From an archaeon (GTDB lineage: Archaea; Iainarchaeota; Iainarchaeia; Iainarchaeales; CSSED10-239), in assembly GCA_035400625.1 (NCBI GenBank), contig DAOMZT010000005.1, positions 1-32,000 of the forward strand: a stretch of DNA of 32,000 nucleotides, read 5' to 3'. The number at the start of each line of letters is the position of its first letter. Positions within the stretch are counted from its first letter, which is position 1. Of this stretch, positions 7,612-15,769 are shown one piece after another. The position numbers and the translations under genes are program-made. The notes under the pieces are model-generated. The model ran no database searches. It was not told the origin of the DNA and was given only the letters and a program-made list of their open reading frames with translations.

Positions 7612-8529
7612 TTATTTCTCAAGAACTGCGATCTTGTCAAAAGTATTTTTAATTTTCTTATTATTTTTGTATTTGCCATTACCTGAAAATTTAATGATTT
7701 TATAAGGCAAACCAAATTGCTTACAAAACCTTACTAGATTCTTATTTATTGCAAAAGGTGGTGTTTTCTTTGCAATATCGTTAGGGTAAGTGGACAAGGA
7801 ATAAACATAAAAGAATAATATTCCTTTCTTTTTAACTAGCTTTAATAAATCTACAAATACTCCTTTGTATTCTTCTGAGTCATATTCAAATCTAAAACAG
7901 AAGTAATTAGGAATATTTGATATGTTTAACACATCAAACTTTTCTTTTAGTTTTTTACTAAAATTAAAAATATCTTCACATATGAAGTTTATCTTTTTAG
8001 TTTTTAATATTTCTTTACAGCGGTTATAATTTGCTTCTGTTTTAAGATATGCATTCATTTCAAATAAAGTTACAAGAAGCATTGATCTTTCATTAAATAA
8101 ACTTGAACGAATTATCTTATTTCCATCTTTTTTAAAATAAACATAAGCACTATTAAAAAAATCAAATGTGTCTTTTTTCAAATCTTTTGAAAATCTAATA
8201 AATAATTTATAATCAAAATTACCTATTTTATTTGGGCTTCCAAAAAACTCAAGAAATTCAATATAACTCAAATGTTTTATTGCGGTTGTTTTTAAATCAA
8301 TAAAATAACCAGTAAGCTGATTAATGTCAAAACATGTAACTTTCTTTGCACCACAATAAAAAGCATTGATTGCTTGATCTCCAGAACCTGCAATTGTCAG
8401 AACTGTTTTATTCTTCAAGTTAAATTTACTATAATAATTAGAAATCTGTTCTGTTCCATAAACATACATTGGGGTAATTTTGCCTTTCCCTACTCCTCTA
8501 ATTTCAGTAATTATTTTTTTAATATCCAT
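7612..8529 (-). CDS. DUF3419 / BtaA-like class I SAM-binding fold protein
   Basis: VLTIAGSGDQAINAFYCGAKKVTCFDINQLTGYFIDLKTTAIKHLSYIEFLEFFG resembles the DUF3419 (BtaA N-terminal-like) pattern ItSaG.nal...v.avD.N..Q..l..LK......l.y..f...fG. The assignment is from memory of the family pattern. Confidence 0.6.
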   Translation of the reverse strand: MDIKKIITEIRGVGKGKITPMYVYGTEQISNYYSKFNLKNKTVLTIAGSGDQAINAFYCGAKKVTCFDINQLTGYFIDLKTTAIKHLSYIEFLEFFGSPNKIGNFDYKLFIRFSKDLKKDTFDFFNSAYVYFKKDGNKIIRSSLFNERSMLLVTLFEMNAYLKTEANYNRCKEILKTKKINFICEDIFNFSKKLKEKFDVLNISNIPNYFCFRFEYDSEEYKGVFVDLLKLVKKKGILFFYVYSLSTYPNDIAKKTPPFAINKNLVRFCKQFGLPYKIIKFSGNGKYKNNKKIKNTFDKIAVLEK

Positions 8530-8638
8530 ATCAAATGTTTATTCTAAAGTATTTAAATAATTAACATTTCGCACTGGACACCTACCCTCCCGAAAACAAC
8601 CCTTGTTTCTACAACAATATATTTATGGTGTAAGGGTT

Positions 8639-9553
8639 ATGGAAAATAAAACTGACGATAAGCTTTTGGTTGTTGAAAACCTAAAGAAAAAAATATACAC
8701 AATTAGAAATCAACAAGTAATGCTGGATAGTGACCTTGCAAAGCTTTATGGTATAACTGTTAGTGCACTTAACCAAGCAGTTAAAAGAAATTTAGAAAGA
8801 TTCCCAAATGATTTTATGTTTCAACTTACCAAATCTGAACAAAATGATCTTATCGTTTACGATAACCTAAAATATCAAAAAATCTTGAAATCACAAATTG
8901 TGATTTCAAGTTCTGGATGGGGAGGCAAAAGAACAACCCCCTTTGTCTTCACAGAACAAGGTGTTGCTATGCTTTCTGGTGTCCTAAAAAGTGAAAGGGC
9001 TGTACAGGTTAATATCTATGTTATGAGAGCCTTTGTGGCTATGCGAAGATTTATGCAAGAAAACGCAGGGCTTATTGTAAGAGTAGATTCTCTTGAGAAA
9101 AAACAAATTGAAAATAACAAGAAATTTAAGGTGATATTTTCAGCTATGGATAACAAAGTAATATTAAAAAAACAAAAACTATTCTTTGATGGTCAAATCT
9201 TTGATGCTTATAAGTTTGTTAATGATATTCTGAAAGGTGCTAAAAAATCTATAATTATTATAGATAACTACATAGACGAATCTGTGTTTGTTTTATTTTC
9301 AGAACTTAATATAAACATCACAATTTATACAGAAAAGATTACAGAAAAACTAAAACTAGATCTTGAAAAATACAATCAACAATACCCTAAGATAGAAATT
9401 AAGATTCTGAAAAAATGCCACGACAGGTTCTTAATTATTGATAATACAGAAATCTATCATCTTGGAGCCTCCATTAAAGATCTTGGAAAGAAAATGGTTG
9501 CAATCTCTAAAATGAATAAAGAATCTTTGCAAATACTAAATAAATTGAAATAA
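8639..9553 (+). CDS. ORF6N (KilA-N-related) domain DNA-binding protein with conserved C-terminal HDRFLIID...YHLGASIKDLGKK region
   Basis: IYTIRNQQVMLDSDLAKLYGITVSALNQAVKRNLERFPNDFMFQLTKSE...LKSQIVISSSGWGGKRTTPFVFTEQGVAMLSGVLKSERAVQVNIYVMRAFV is the typical ORF6N domain. I prefer the ATG at 8639 over the TTG at 8603 in the track. Confidence 0.85.
   Translation: MENKTDDKLLVVENLKKKIYTIRNQQVMLDSDLAKLYGITVSALNQAVKRNLERFPNDFMFQLTKSEQNDLIVYDNLKYQKILKSQIVISSSGWGGKRTTPFVFTEQGVAMLSGVLKSERAVQVNIYVMRAFVAMRRFMQENAGLIVRVDSLEKKQIENNKKFKVIFSAMDNKVILKKQKLFFDGQIFDAYKFVNDILKGAKKSIIIIDNYIDESVFVLFSELNINITIYTEKITEKLKLDLEKYNQQYPKIEIKILKKCHDRFLIIDNTEIYHLGASIKDLGKKMVAISKMNKESLQILNKLK
8884..8910. repeat. 27-nt perfect hairpin palindrome (12-bp arms, 3-nt loop), copy P0, inside the ORF6N CDS
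   Basis: The sequence is cttgaaatcaca-aat-tgtgatttcaag, and the arms are exact reverse complements. It encodes L-K-S-Q-I-V-I-S-S. Confidence 0.85.
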
Positions 9554-9610
9554 TTAAAAACTTGTGTTACTTGGTAAATTTGCTGGAAACACCAGTATTT
9601 ATGCTAATCG

Positions 9611-9637
9611 TTTGAGGTCGCAATTTGCGACCTCAAA
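9611..9637. repeat. 27-nt perfect hairpin palindrome, copy P1, intergenic
   Basis: The sequence is tttgaggtcgca-att-tgcgacctcaaa, with the same architecture as P0 and P2. It is GC-rich relative to its surroundings. Confidence 0.85.
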
Positions 9638-9655
9638 ACAAGAAAAAGGAGATAA

Positions 9656-9682
9656 TTTGCGGTCACAAATTGTGACCGCAAA
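9656..9682. repeat. 27-nt perfect hairpin palindrome, copy P2, intergenic
   Basis: The sequence is tttgcggtcaca-aat-tgtgaccgcaaa, starting 18 nt after the end of P1. Confidence 0.85.
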
Positions 9683-9792
9683 AATCAGCAGTATCTTTGA
9701 CACAAATAAAAAGCAGAAGCTTTTTAACATTTTTATTACCTAAATATATATTTCTAGTTTTATTCTTTTAAAATATTAAAAAGACAAGAAAT

Positions 9793-12630
9793 ATGAGACA
9801 TAAAAGCATTATTATTAAAGGTGCCAGAGAGCACAATCTAAAGAACATTGATGTAGAGATACCTAGAGATAAGCTCGTGGTTATCACAGGAGTTTCAGGT
9901 TCTGGAAAATCAACACTTGCTTTTGACACTATCTATGCTGATGGCCAAAGAAGATATATGGAATCTTTATCTGCTTATGCTAGGCAGTTTCTTGGGATGA
10001 TGAAAAAACCAGATGTTGATTCTATAGAAGGGCTGTCCCCAGCAATCTCTATAGAACAAAGAACAAGTTCTAAGAACCCTCGCTCAACTGTAGGGACAAT
10101 TACTGAGATTTATGATTATTTAAGATTACTTTATGCAAGAATAGGAACACCTTATTGTCCTAAACATAACATACCTATACAGCCATTATCTGCTCAAAAG
10201 ATAACAGAAAATATCCTAGATGAATACAAAGAAGAAATTTACATACTTTCGCCAATAGTCCAGAAAAAGAAAGGGACCTATGAGAAGCTTTTCTTAGACC
10301 TTAACAAAGAAGGTTTTTTAAGAGTAAGAATAAACGGAGAGATCGCAAGAACAGACGAGGAAATAAAGATCGACAGATATAAAATGCATGATATTGATAT
10401 TGTTATTGACAGAATAACACCAAGCGATGATAAAACAAGGCTCTACCAGGATATTGAGCAAGGCCTTGACAGATCAAATGGACTAATCAAAATAATTTCA
10501 GTAAAAGACTTTGAAAAAAACAAAGAAAAAGCAAAAGAAAAGCTTTTCTCTTCTAAGATGTCTTGTCCAGTGTGTGGCCTTTCTTTTGAAGAGCTACAGC
10601 CTAGAATGTTTTCTTTTAATTCTCCGTTTGGTGCTTGTGAGGAGTGTTCTGGCCTAGGCTTTAAGATGGAGTTTGATCCAGATCTAATAATTCCAGACAA
10701 AACAAAATCAATAGCTGATGGAGCAGTAGTGATTTACAGAAACATTGTAGATAGTTGGCGCGGACAGCATCTTGCAATAGTTGCCAAACATCATAATTTC
10801 TCAGCAATGACTCCTATAAAAGACCTAACAAAGAAACAATATGATGTCTTGATGTATGGTTCAGAAGATAATATCCAATTTAATCTTGAAGGAAAAAACG
10901 GAACATCAAGCTTTAATTACAATGGCAAATGGGAAGGGATTATTCCTCAGTCTCAAAGATTGTACAGACAAACAGATTCTGACTACAGAAAAACAGAAAT
11001 GGAAAAATATATGAGCACTTCTCCTTGTCTTGCTTGTAAGGGTAGAAGACTAAAAGAAAAAATTCTAGCAGTAAAGATCAATAACAAATCAATAATGGAT
11101 ATTTGTGATTTGTCAATAGCCTCAGCTACTTATTTTTTCAAAAATATTAAACTAGATAACAAACAAAAAGAAATATCCAACCACATACTAAAAGAAATAA
11201 ACTCTCGTCTTGAGTTTTTAGAAAAGGTTGGTCTTGGCTATCTTACTCTTTCAAGAGCATCGGGAACTCTTTCAGGAGGAGAGTCTCAAAGGATTCGTTT
11301 GGCAACAAACCTAGGAACAAACCTAACAGGGGTTTTGTATATTCTTGATGAGCCATCTATTGGTCTTCACCAGAAAGATAACCAAAAGCTTATTGATACT
11401 CTTTGTAATCTAAGGGATCTTGGTAACACTGTTGTGGTTGTTGAACATGATGAAGACACCATTCGCCAGGCAGACTATGTTGTTGATATGGGTCCGGGGG
11501 CAGGCATCTATGGTGGAGAAGTTGTTGCTGTAGGAACTCCTGAAGATATAGAAAATTCCAAAAAATCATTAACTGGACAATATCTTGCAGGAACCCAGTT
11601 TATTCAAATCCCAAAGATAAGAAGAAAACCTAAGGATTTTATAAAAATAATTGGAGCAGAGGAAAATAATCTTAAGAAAATAGATTTAAAGATACCAACA
11701 GGGGTCTTTACTTGTATTACTGGAGTATCAGGCTCTGGTAAGTCTTCTCTTGTTTATGAGACAATCTATCCTTTCCTCATGAACAGGTTTTATAAATCAA
11801 GGATGAGTGTTGGTAAAGTTAAAGACGTAATAATCCCTAAAAATATTGATAAAGTAATTTCCATTGACCAATCACCAATAGGAAGAACCCCTCGTTCCAA
11901 TCCTGCAACATACACCAAGTTGTTTGATGATATTAGATGGGTGTTTGCCATGTCACCTGAGGCAAAGCTAAGAGGATATGATATTGGAAGATTTTCTTTT
12001 AATGTCAAAGGCGGAAGATGTGAGGCTTGTCAAGGTGATGGGCAGATTAAGATTGAAATGAATTTTCTTCCTGATATTTATGTTGACTGTGATGAATGTA
12101 AAGGCAAAAGATATAATTCTGAGACTCTTGAAATATTATACAAAAAGAAAAACATTGCAGATGTCTTAAACATGTCAGTTGATGAGGCTTTTACTTTTTT
12201 TGAAAACTTGCCATCTCTAAGGAAAAAGCTACAAACTCTTGTTGATGTTGGTCTTGGCTACATTAAGCTTGGTCAAAGTTCTGTAACTCTTTCAGGAGGA
12301 GAAGCTCAAAGAATCAAGTTGACAAAAGAGTTATCAAAGAGAGACACAGGAAACACAGTTTACCTTCTTGACGAGCCAACAACAGGCCTACATTTTCATG
12401 ATGTTAAGAAATTGATAGATGTTCTTAACCGTTTGGTGGAGAAAGGAAACACTGTTATCGTTATAGAACATAACCTTGATATCATAAAGTCAGCAGACTA
12501 TATTATTGACCTTGGTCCTGATGGTGGAGAGAAAGGAGGAGAAGTTGTTGCAGAAGGCACTCCTGAGGAAATCACAAAATCCAAAAAAAGCTATACTGCT
12601 GAATTTCTTAAAAAGATACTTAAAAAATAA
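9793..12630 (+). CDS. uvrA: Excinuclease ABC subunit A
   Basis: It is 945 aa with two ABC ATPase modules ([23 protein letters not shown], two LSGGE signatures) and zinc modules (CPVCG...CEECSGLG; CEACQGDG...CDECKGKRY). Confidence 0.98.
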   Translation: MRHKSIIIKGAREHNLKNIDVEIPRDKLVVITGVSGSGKSTLAFDTIYADGQRRYMESLSAYARQFLGMMKKPDVDSIEGLSPAISIEQRTSSKNPRSTVGTITEIYDYLRLLYARIGTPYCPKHNIPIQPLSAQKITENILDEYKEEIYILSPIVQKKKGTYEKLFLDLNKEGFLRVRINGEIARTDEEIKIDRYKMHDIDIVIDRITPSDDKTRLYQDIEQGLDRSNGLIKIISVKDFEKNKEKAKEKLFSSKMSCPVCGLSFEELQPRMFSFNSPFGACEECSGLGFKMEFDPDLIIPDKTKSIADGAVVIYRNIVDSWRGQHLAIVAKHHNFSAMTPIKDLTKKQYDVLMYGSEDNIQFNLEGKNGTSSFNYNGKWEGIIPQSQRLYRQTDSDYRKTEMEKYMSTSPCLACKGRRLKEKILAVKINNKSIMDICDLSIASATYFFKNIKLDNKQKEISNHILKEINSRLEFLEKVGLGYLTLSRASGTLSGGESQRIRLATNLGTNLTGVLYILDEPSIGLHQKDNQKLIDTLCNLRDLGNTVVVVEHDEDTIRQADYVVDMGPGAGIYGGEVVAVGTPEDIENSKKSLTGQYLAGTQFIQIPKIRRKPKDFIKIIGAEENNLKKIDLKIPTGVFTCITGVSGSGKSSLVYETIYPFLMNRFYKSRMSVGKVKDVIIPKNIDKVISIDQSPIGRTPRSNPATYTKLFDDIRWVFAMSPEAKLRGYDIGRFSFNVKGGRCEACQGDGQIKIEMNFLPDIYVDCDECKGKRYNSETLEILYKKKNIADVLNMSVDEAFTFFENLPSLRKKLQTLVDVGLGYIKLGQSSVTLSGGEAQRIKLTKELSKRDTGNTVYLLDEPTTGLHFHDVKKLIDVLNRLVEKGNTVIVIEHNLDIIKSADYIIDLGPDGGEKGGEVVAEGTPEEITKSKKSYTAEFLKKILKK

Positions 12631-12660
12631 TCTTATTTCTTTTTCTTTGTTTTATATTTT
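12631..12660 (+). terminator. T-rich tract downstream of uvrA (possible oligo-T terminator)
   Basis: tcttatttctttttctttgttttatatttt lies directly after the TAA stop. Oligo-T tracts act as terminators in archaea. This call is weak given the AT-rich background. Confidence 0.3.
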
Positions 12661-12718
12661 ATCTGTCCCAAAACAAGAAAAAGTTTATTTTTTAATATGT
12701 CTTTAACATATATTATTT

Positions 12719-14293
12719 ATGATTAATCTAGAAAATATCCCTTCTAGTCCTGGTTGTTATATCTATAAGGATAATCTAGATAATATAATCTATATTGGCA
12801 AAGCAAAAAACCTAAAGAAAAGAGTTTCTTCTTATTTTTTGAAGAAAGATCATGATAACAAAACAAATGCTCTTGTGTCTAATATCTCTTCTGTGGATTT
12901 CATTGTTACTTCTAATGAGCTTGAGGCTCTTGTCCTAGAGAATAATCTAATTAAGAAATATCTTCCAAAATATAATGTTGATCTAAAGTCTGGTCAAAGA
13001 TATGCTTATATCCAATTGACAAAAGATATATTCCCTAGACTTGTAACCATAAGAGAAAAGCCAAAAGGCAAAGATGACAACATATTTGGACCATTTGTTT
13101 CTGGTCAGAACAGAATTGAAACAATCAGGTTTCTTAACAAGCATTTCAAGCTTAGAACATGTAAGAGACTTCCAAAGACTGCTTGTGTAAGATATCATAT
13201 TGGTTATTGCTCTGCTCCTTGCATTGCCAACATCTCTAAGGAAGAATATGCTAAGACAATTGAAATTGTAAAAAAAATACTTTCTGGAAAAAGCACAGAA
13301 TATCTTCCAGATATGAAAAAAGAAATGGATAATTATTCTAAGAACCAAGACTTTGAGAAGGCCCTTGTCTTAAGAGACCAGATTTCTGCTATCGAGTATC
13401 TGGCAGAAAAGCAGAATATGGAAAGATTAGTTAATTATAATCAGGATATTATTAATTATGAGATAAGAGACAACAAAGTCTATGTCCTTCTCTTTAACAT
13501 AGACAAAGGGCTTCTTGTTAACAAAAGATCTTTTTCTTTTGATGAAACCTTGGTAGACATCTCTGTTCTTGATGATTTTCTTGTAAAATATTATTCCAAT
13601 AACCAGAAAACAATACCACAAGAGATTATTCTTCCAGAAGAGATCTCACAAAGCACCAAAGATTATCTTGAAGGCCTTTCTAAAAAGAAAATAACTATAA
13701 CAATTCCAAAAAAAGGAGAGAAAAAAGAACTTCTTGATCTTTGCTTTAAAAATATTGAGATTACTTTTTTTAGAAATATCAGTAAGGTTTATGCTTTAAA
13801 GGAAAAGCTAAAACTAAAAAAGGTTCCACACATGATCGAGTGCTTTGATATTTCTCATCTTTCTGGCACCCTCACTGTTGGCTCAATGGTTTGCTTTAAA
13901 GATGGTGTCCCTTTTAAGGAACAATATAGAAGATTCAGAATCAAGACCTTACCAAAAGACAAAATTGATGATTTTTCAGCAATGGCAGAAGTAGTCAGAA
14001 GAAGATATCTAAACAAAGAGCTTCCTTTGCCTGACTTGATTGTCATAGATGGGGGGAAAGGTCAGCTTTCTTCTGCTATAGATGCTTTAAAGGTGGCTGG
14101 TGTCCAAGATAAAGTGCAGATTATCGCCCTTGCTGAAAAAGAAGAAGAGATTTACTTGCCAGACCTGATGTTTCCAATAAAACTGAACAGAAAAGACATA
14201 GCTCTTCTTTTGCTGGAAGAGATAAGAGATGAAGCCCACAGGTTTGCTATAACCTACAACAAGCTTTTAAGAGAAAAAGAAATTAAAAAATAA
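12719..14293 (+). CDS. uvrC: Excinuclease ABC subunit C, short form (no C-terminal HhH2 region)
   Basis: It has a GIY-YIG domain (GCYIYKD...IIYIGKAKNLKKRVSSYF), a UVR domain (FEKALVLRDQISAIEYL) and an Endo-V-like domain (ECFDISH...IRDEAHRFAITYN). The protein ends about 20 aa after the RDEAHRFA motif. Confidence 0.95.
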   Translation: MINLENIPSSPGCYIYKDNLDNIIYIGKAKNLKKRVSSYFLKKDHDNKTNALVSNISSVDFIVTSNELEALVLENNLIKKYLPKYNVDLKSGQRYAYIQLTKDIFPRLVTIREKPKGKDDNIFGPFVSGQNRIETIRFLNKHFKLRTCKRLPKTACVRYHIGYCSAPCIANISKEEYAKTIEIVKKILSGKSTEYLPDMKKEMDNYSKNQDFEKALVLRDQISAIEYLAEKQNMERLVNYNQDIINYEIRDNKVYVLLFNIDKGLLVNKRSFSFDETLVDISVLDDFLVKYYSNNQKTIPQEIILPEEISQSTKDYLEGLSKKKITITIPKKGEKKELLDLCFKNIEITFFRNISKVYALKEKLKLKKVPHMIECFDISHLSGTLTVGSMVCFKDGVPFKEQYRRFRIKTLPKDKIDDFSAMAEVVRRRYLNKELPLPDLIVIDGGKGQLSSAIDALKVAGVQDKVQIIALAEKEEEIYLPDLMFPIKLNRKDIALLLLEEIRDEAHRFAITYNKLLREKEIKK

Positions 14294-14294
14294 A

Positions 14295-14969
14295 CTAATT
14301 ATTTTCTTCTTTTAAGATTTCATATATTTCCTTGTTTAAGATTACATTATTTACTTTTCCTATCTTCTCTTTTTTTATAATTTCATTATCTTCTAGATCT
14401 CTTAATATCCTATGGACTTTTAGTTTATTTAGCTTCGTTATTTGAACTAGTTCATATTGTCTTATTTTTCCATTATTTTCAAGAAGTGCCTGTATTAATT
14501 TTCTGTGTGTATCAGGGAGCATCTTTAAAATTAGCCCAGTATTGTTTGCCAAATGTTTTTCCGTTTTATCTACTTTACTTGACATAGCCCAGAAAACAAT
14601 AATACCAAATAACAAACCAATAAATGCAGCAAAAGGAATAAGATATTTATGATATTCAAAAACAAATGGTTTTTTCATGCGCTTAAATTCTGCATCAAGT
14701 TGTTCTTTTGTTTTGTGGGGTTGTATTTGACAACTACTATTGTCTTCATTATTATCACACAAAGCTATATATTTTTGAGTGGTGTGGCGTGTTATGGCAT
14801 TGTCATCAAATATTCTTTCTCTTCTTAATTTGTCTTGTGCTGACAAAAAGAAATAAACTGAAAATATTAATAGCAAAAATGCCACAAGAATTACAATACC
14901 CAAAACTACATTTTTCTTTATTTTCATAGATATTTCTGCATCTAAATATTTAAAAAACAATTGTTTCAT
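14295..14969 (-). CDS. Membrane-anchored winged-helix transcriptional regulator (2 TM segments, ~70-aa external loop with 2 Cys, C-terminal wHTH)
   Basis: The hydrophobic segments are VVLGIVILVAFLLLIFSVYFFL and YLIPFAAFIGLLFGIIVFWAM. The C-terminus HRKLIQALLENNGKIRQYELVQITKLNKLKVHRILRDLEDNEIIKKEKIGKVNNV is MarR/ArsR-like wHTH. An alternative start lies at 14927 (MKIKKNVV). Confidence 0.75.
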   Translation of the reverse strand: MKQLFFKYLDAEISMKIKKNVVLGIVILVAFLLLIFSVYFFLSAQDKLRRERIFDDNAITRHTTQKYIALCDNNEDNSSCQIQPHKTKEQLDAEFKRMKKPFVFEYHKYLIPFAAFIGLLFGIIVFWAMSSKVDKTEKHLANNTGLILKMLPDTHRKLIQALLENNGKIRQYELVQITKLNKLKVHRILRDLEDNEIIKKEKIGKVNNVILNKEIYEILKEENN

Positions 14970-15051
14970 ATTTTTGAAACTTTATTTTTTATAGTTTTAT
15001 TATTTTGAAACCCTGTTTTTTAGTTTCAAAAAAGCATATATATAGTTTCAA
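14955..15051. promoter_or_regulatory. Cluster of GTTTCA/TGAAAC half-sites (candidate operator array) in the divergent regulator/ABC promoter region
   Basis: GTTTCA occurs at 14963-14968, 15023-15028 and 15045-15050, and TGAAAC at 14975-14980 and 15006-15011. These form GTTTCA-N6-TGAAAC and TTTTGAAAC-N11-GTTTCAAAA inverted repeats. In addition, the 12-bp palindrome AAACAATTGTTT lies at 14955-14966. Confidence 0.5.
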
Positions 15052-15070
15052 TTCTATAATTTATATAAAC

Positions 15071-15763
15071 ATGAAAACAAAAAAAATAATAGAAATACAA
15101 AATGTAACAAAAACCTATAATATGGGTGACATTAAGCTTAATGCTTTAGAAAATATAAGCTTAACTGTATCTCGTGGAGAATTTCTAATTATAATTGGAC
15201 CTAGTGGTTCAGGCAAAAGCACACTTATGAACATTGTTGGTTGTCTTGACCTTCCTAGCTATGGGAAAGTATATCTAGATAATAAAGACATAACAAAAAT
15301 GAGTGAAAGCAATCTTGCAAAGCTCAGAGGAAAAACCATAGGATTTATCTTTCAACAATTTAATCTTATGCCCACTTTAACTGCATTAGAAAATGTGGTT
15401 TTGCCTCTTGAATTTCAAAACGTAAATCCAACAAAAGCAAGAAAAGAAGCATTAGATAAGTTAAAAATCGTAGATTTAGAAGATAGAATAAATCATTTAC
15501 CAAAAGAACTGTCTGGAGGACAACAACAAAGAGTAGCAATTGCAAGAGCACTTTGTGGAAATCCAGAAATTATTCTTGCAGATGAACCGACAGGAAACCT
15601 TGATTCAAAAACAGGAATATTCATTATGGATTTTCTTAAAGAATTACATGAAAAGGGCAAAACAATAATTGTAGTTACTCATGATTTAAATATTTCTAAA
15701 TATGGGGACAGAATAATACATTTAATAGATGGAAAAATAAATAAAATTGAAGAAAAAAGGTGA
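15071..15763 (+). CDS. ABC transporter ATP-binding protein, MacB/LolD/FtsE-like
   Basis: It has Walker A GPSGSGKST, the signature LSGGQQQRVAIARAL and Walker B ILADEPTGNLD. I prefer the ATG at 15071. The stop codon is TGA. Confidence 0.95.
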   Translation: MKTKKIIEIQNVTKTYNMGDIKLNALENISLTVSRGEFLIIIGPSGSGKSTLMNIVGCLDLPSYGKVYLDNKDITKMSESNLAKLRGKTIGFIFQQFNLMPTLTALENVVLPLEFQNVNPTKARKEALDKLKIVDLEDRINHLPKELSGGQQQRVAIARALCGNPEIILADEPTGNLDSKTGIFIMDFLKELHEKGKTIIVVTHDLNISKYGDRIIHLIDGKINKIEEKR

Positions 15764-15769
15764 AAAATA

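Noticed and set aside
7515-7715. A 66-aa ORF overlapping the 3' end of the DUF3419-like gene
   Set aside because: It overlaps the better-supported gene by about 100 nt in another frame. It is K/L/I-rich low-complexity sequence typical of AT-rich out-of-frame translation, and it has no motif.
8570-8605. The GC-rich intergenic segment as a tRNA 3' fragment marking an integration (att) site
   Set aside because: It has no T-loop (GTTCRANYC) or acceptor-stem-like sequence on either strand, and no matching direct repeat was found on the other side of the ORF6N gene.
9611-9682. The two GC-rich hairpins as intrinsic terminators or an archaeal H/ACA or C/D box sRNA
   Set aside because: No T-run follows either hairpin on either strand. 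There are no C/C' (RUGAUGA) or D (CUGA) boxes. The 12-bp uninterrupted stems with 3-nt loops lack the internal pseudouridylation pocket and K-turn of H/ACA guides. A single ACA occurs after P1, which is too weak as evidence.
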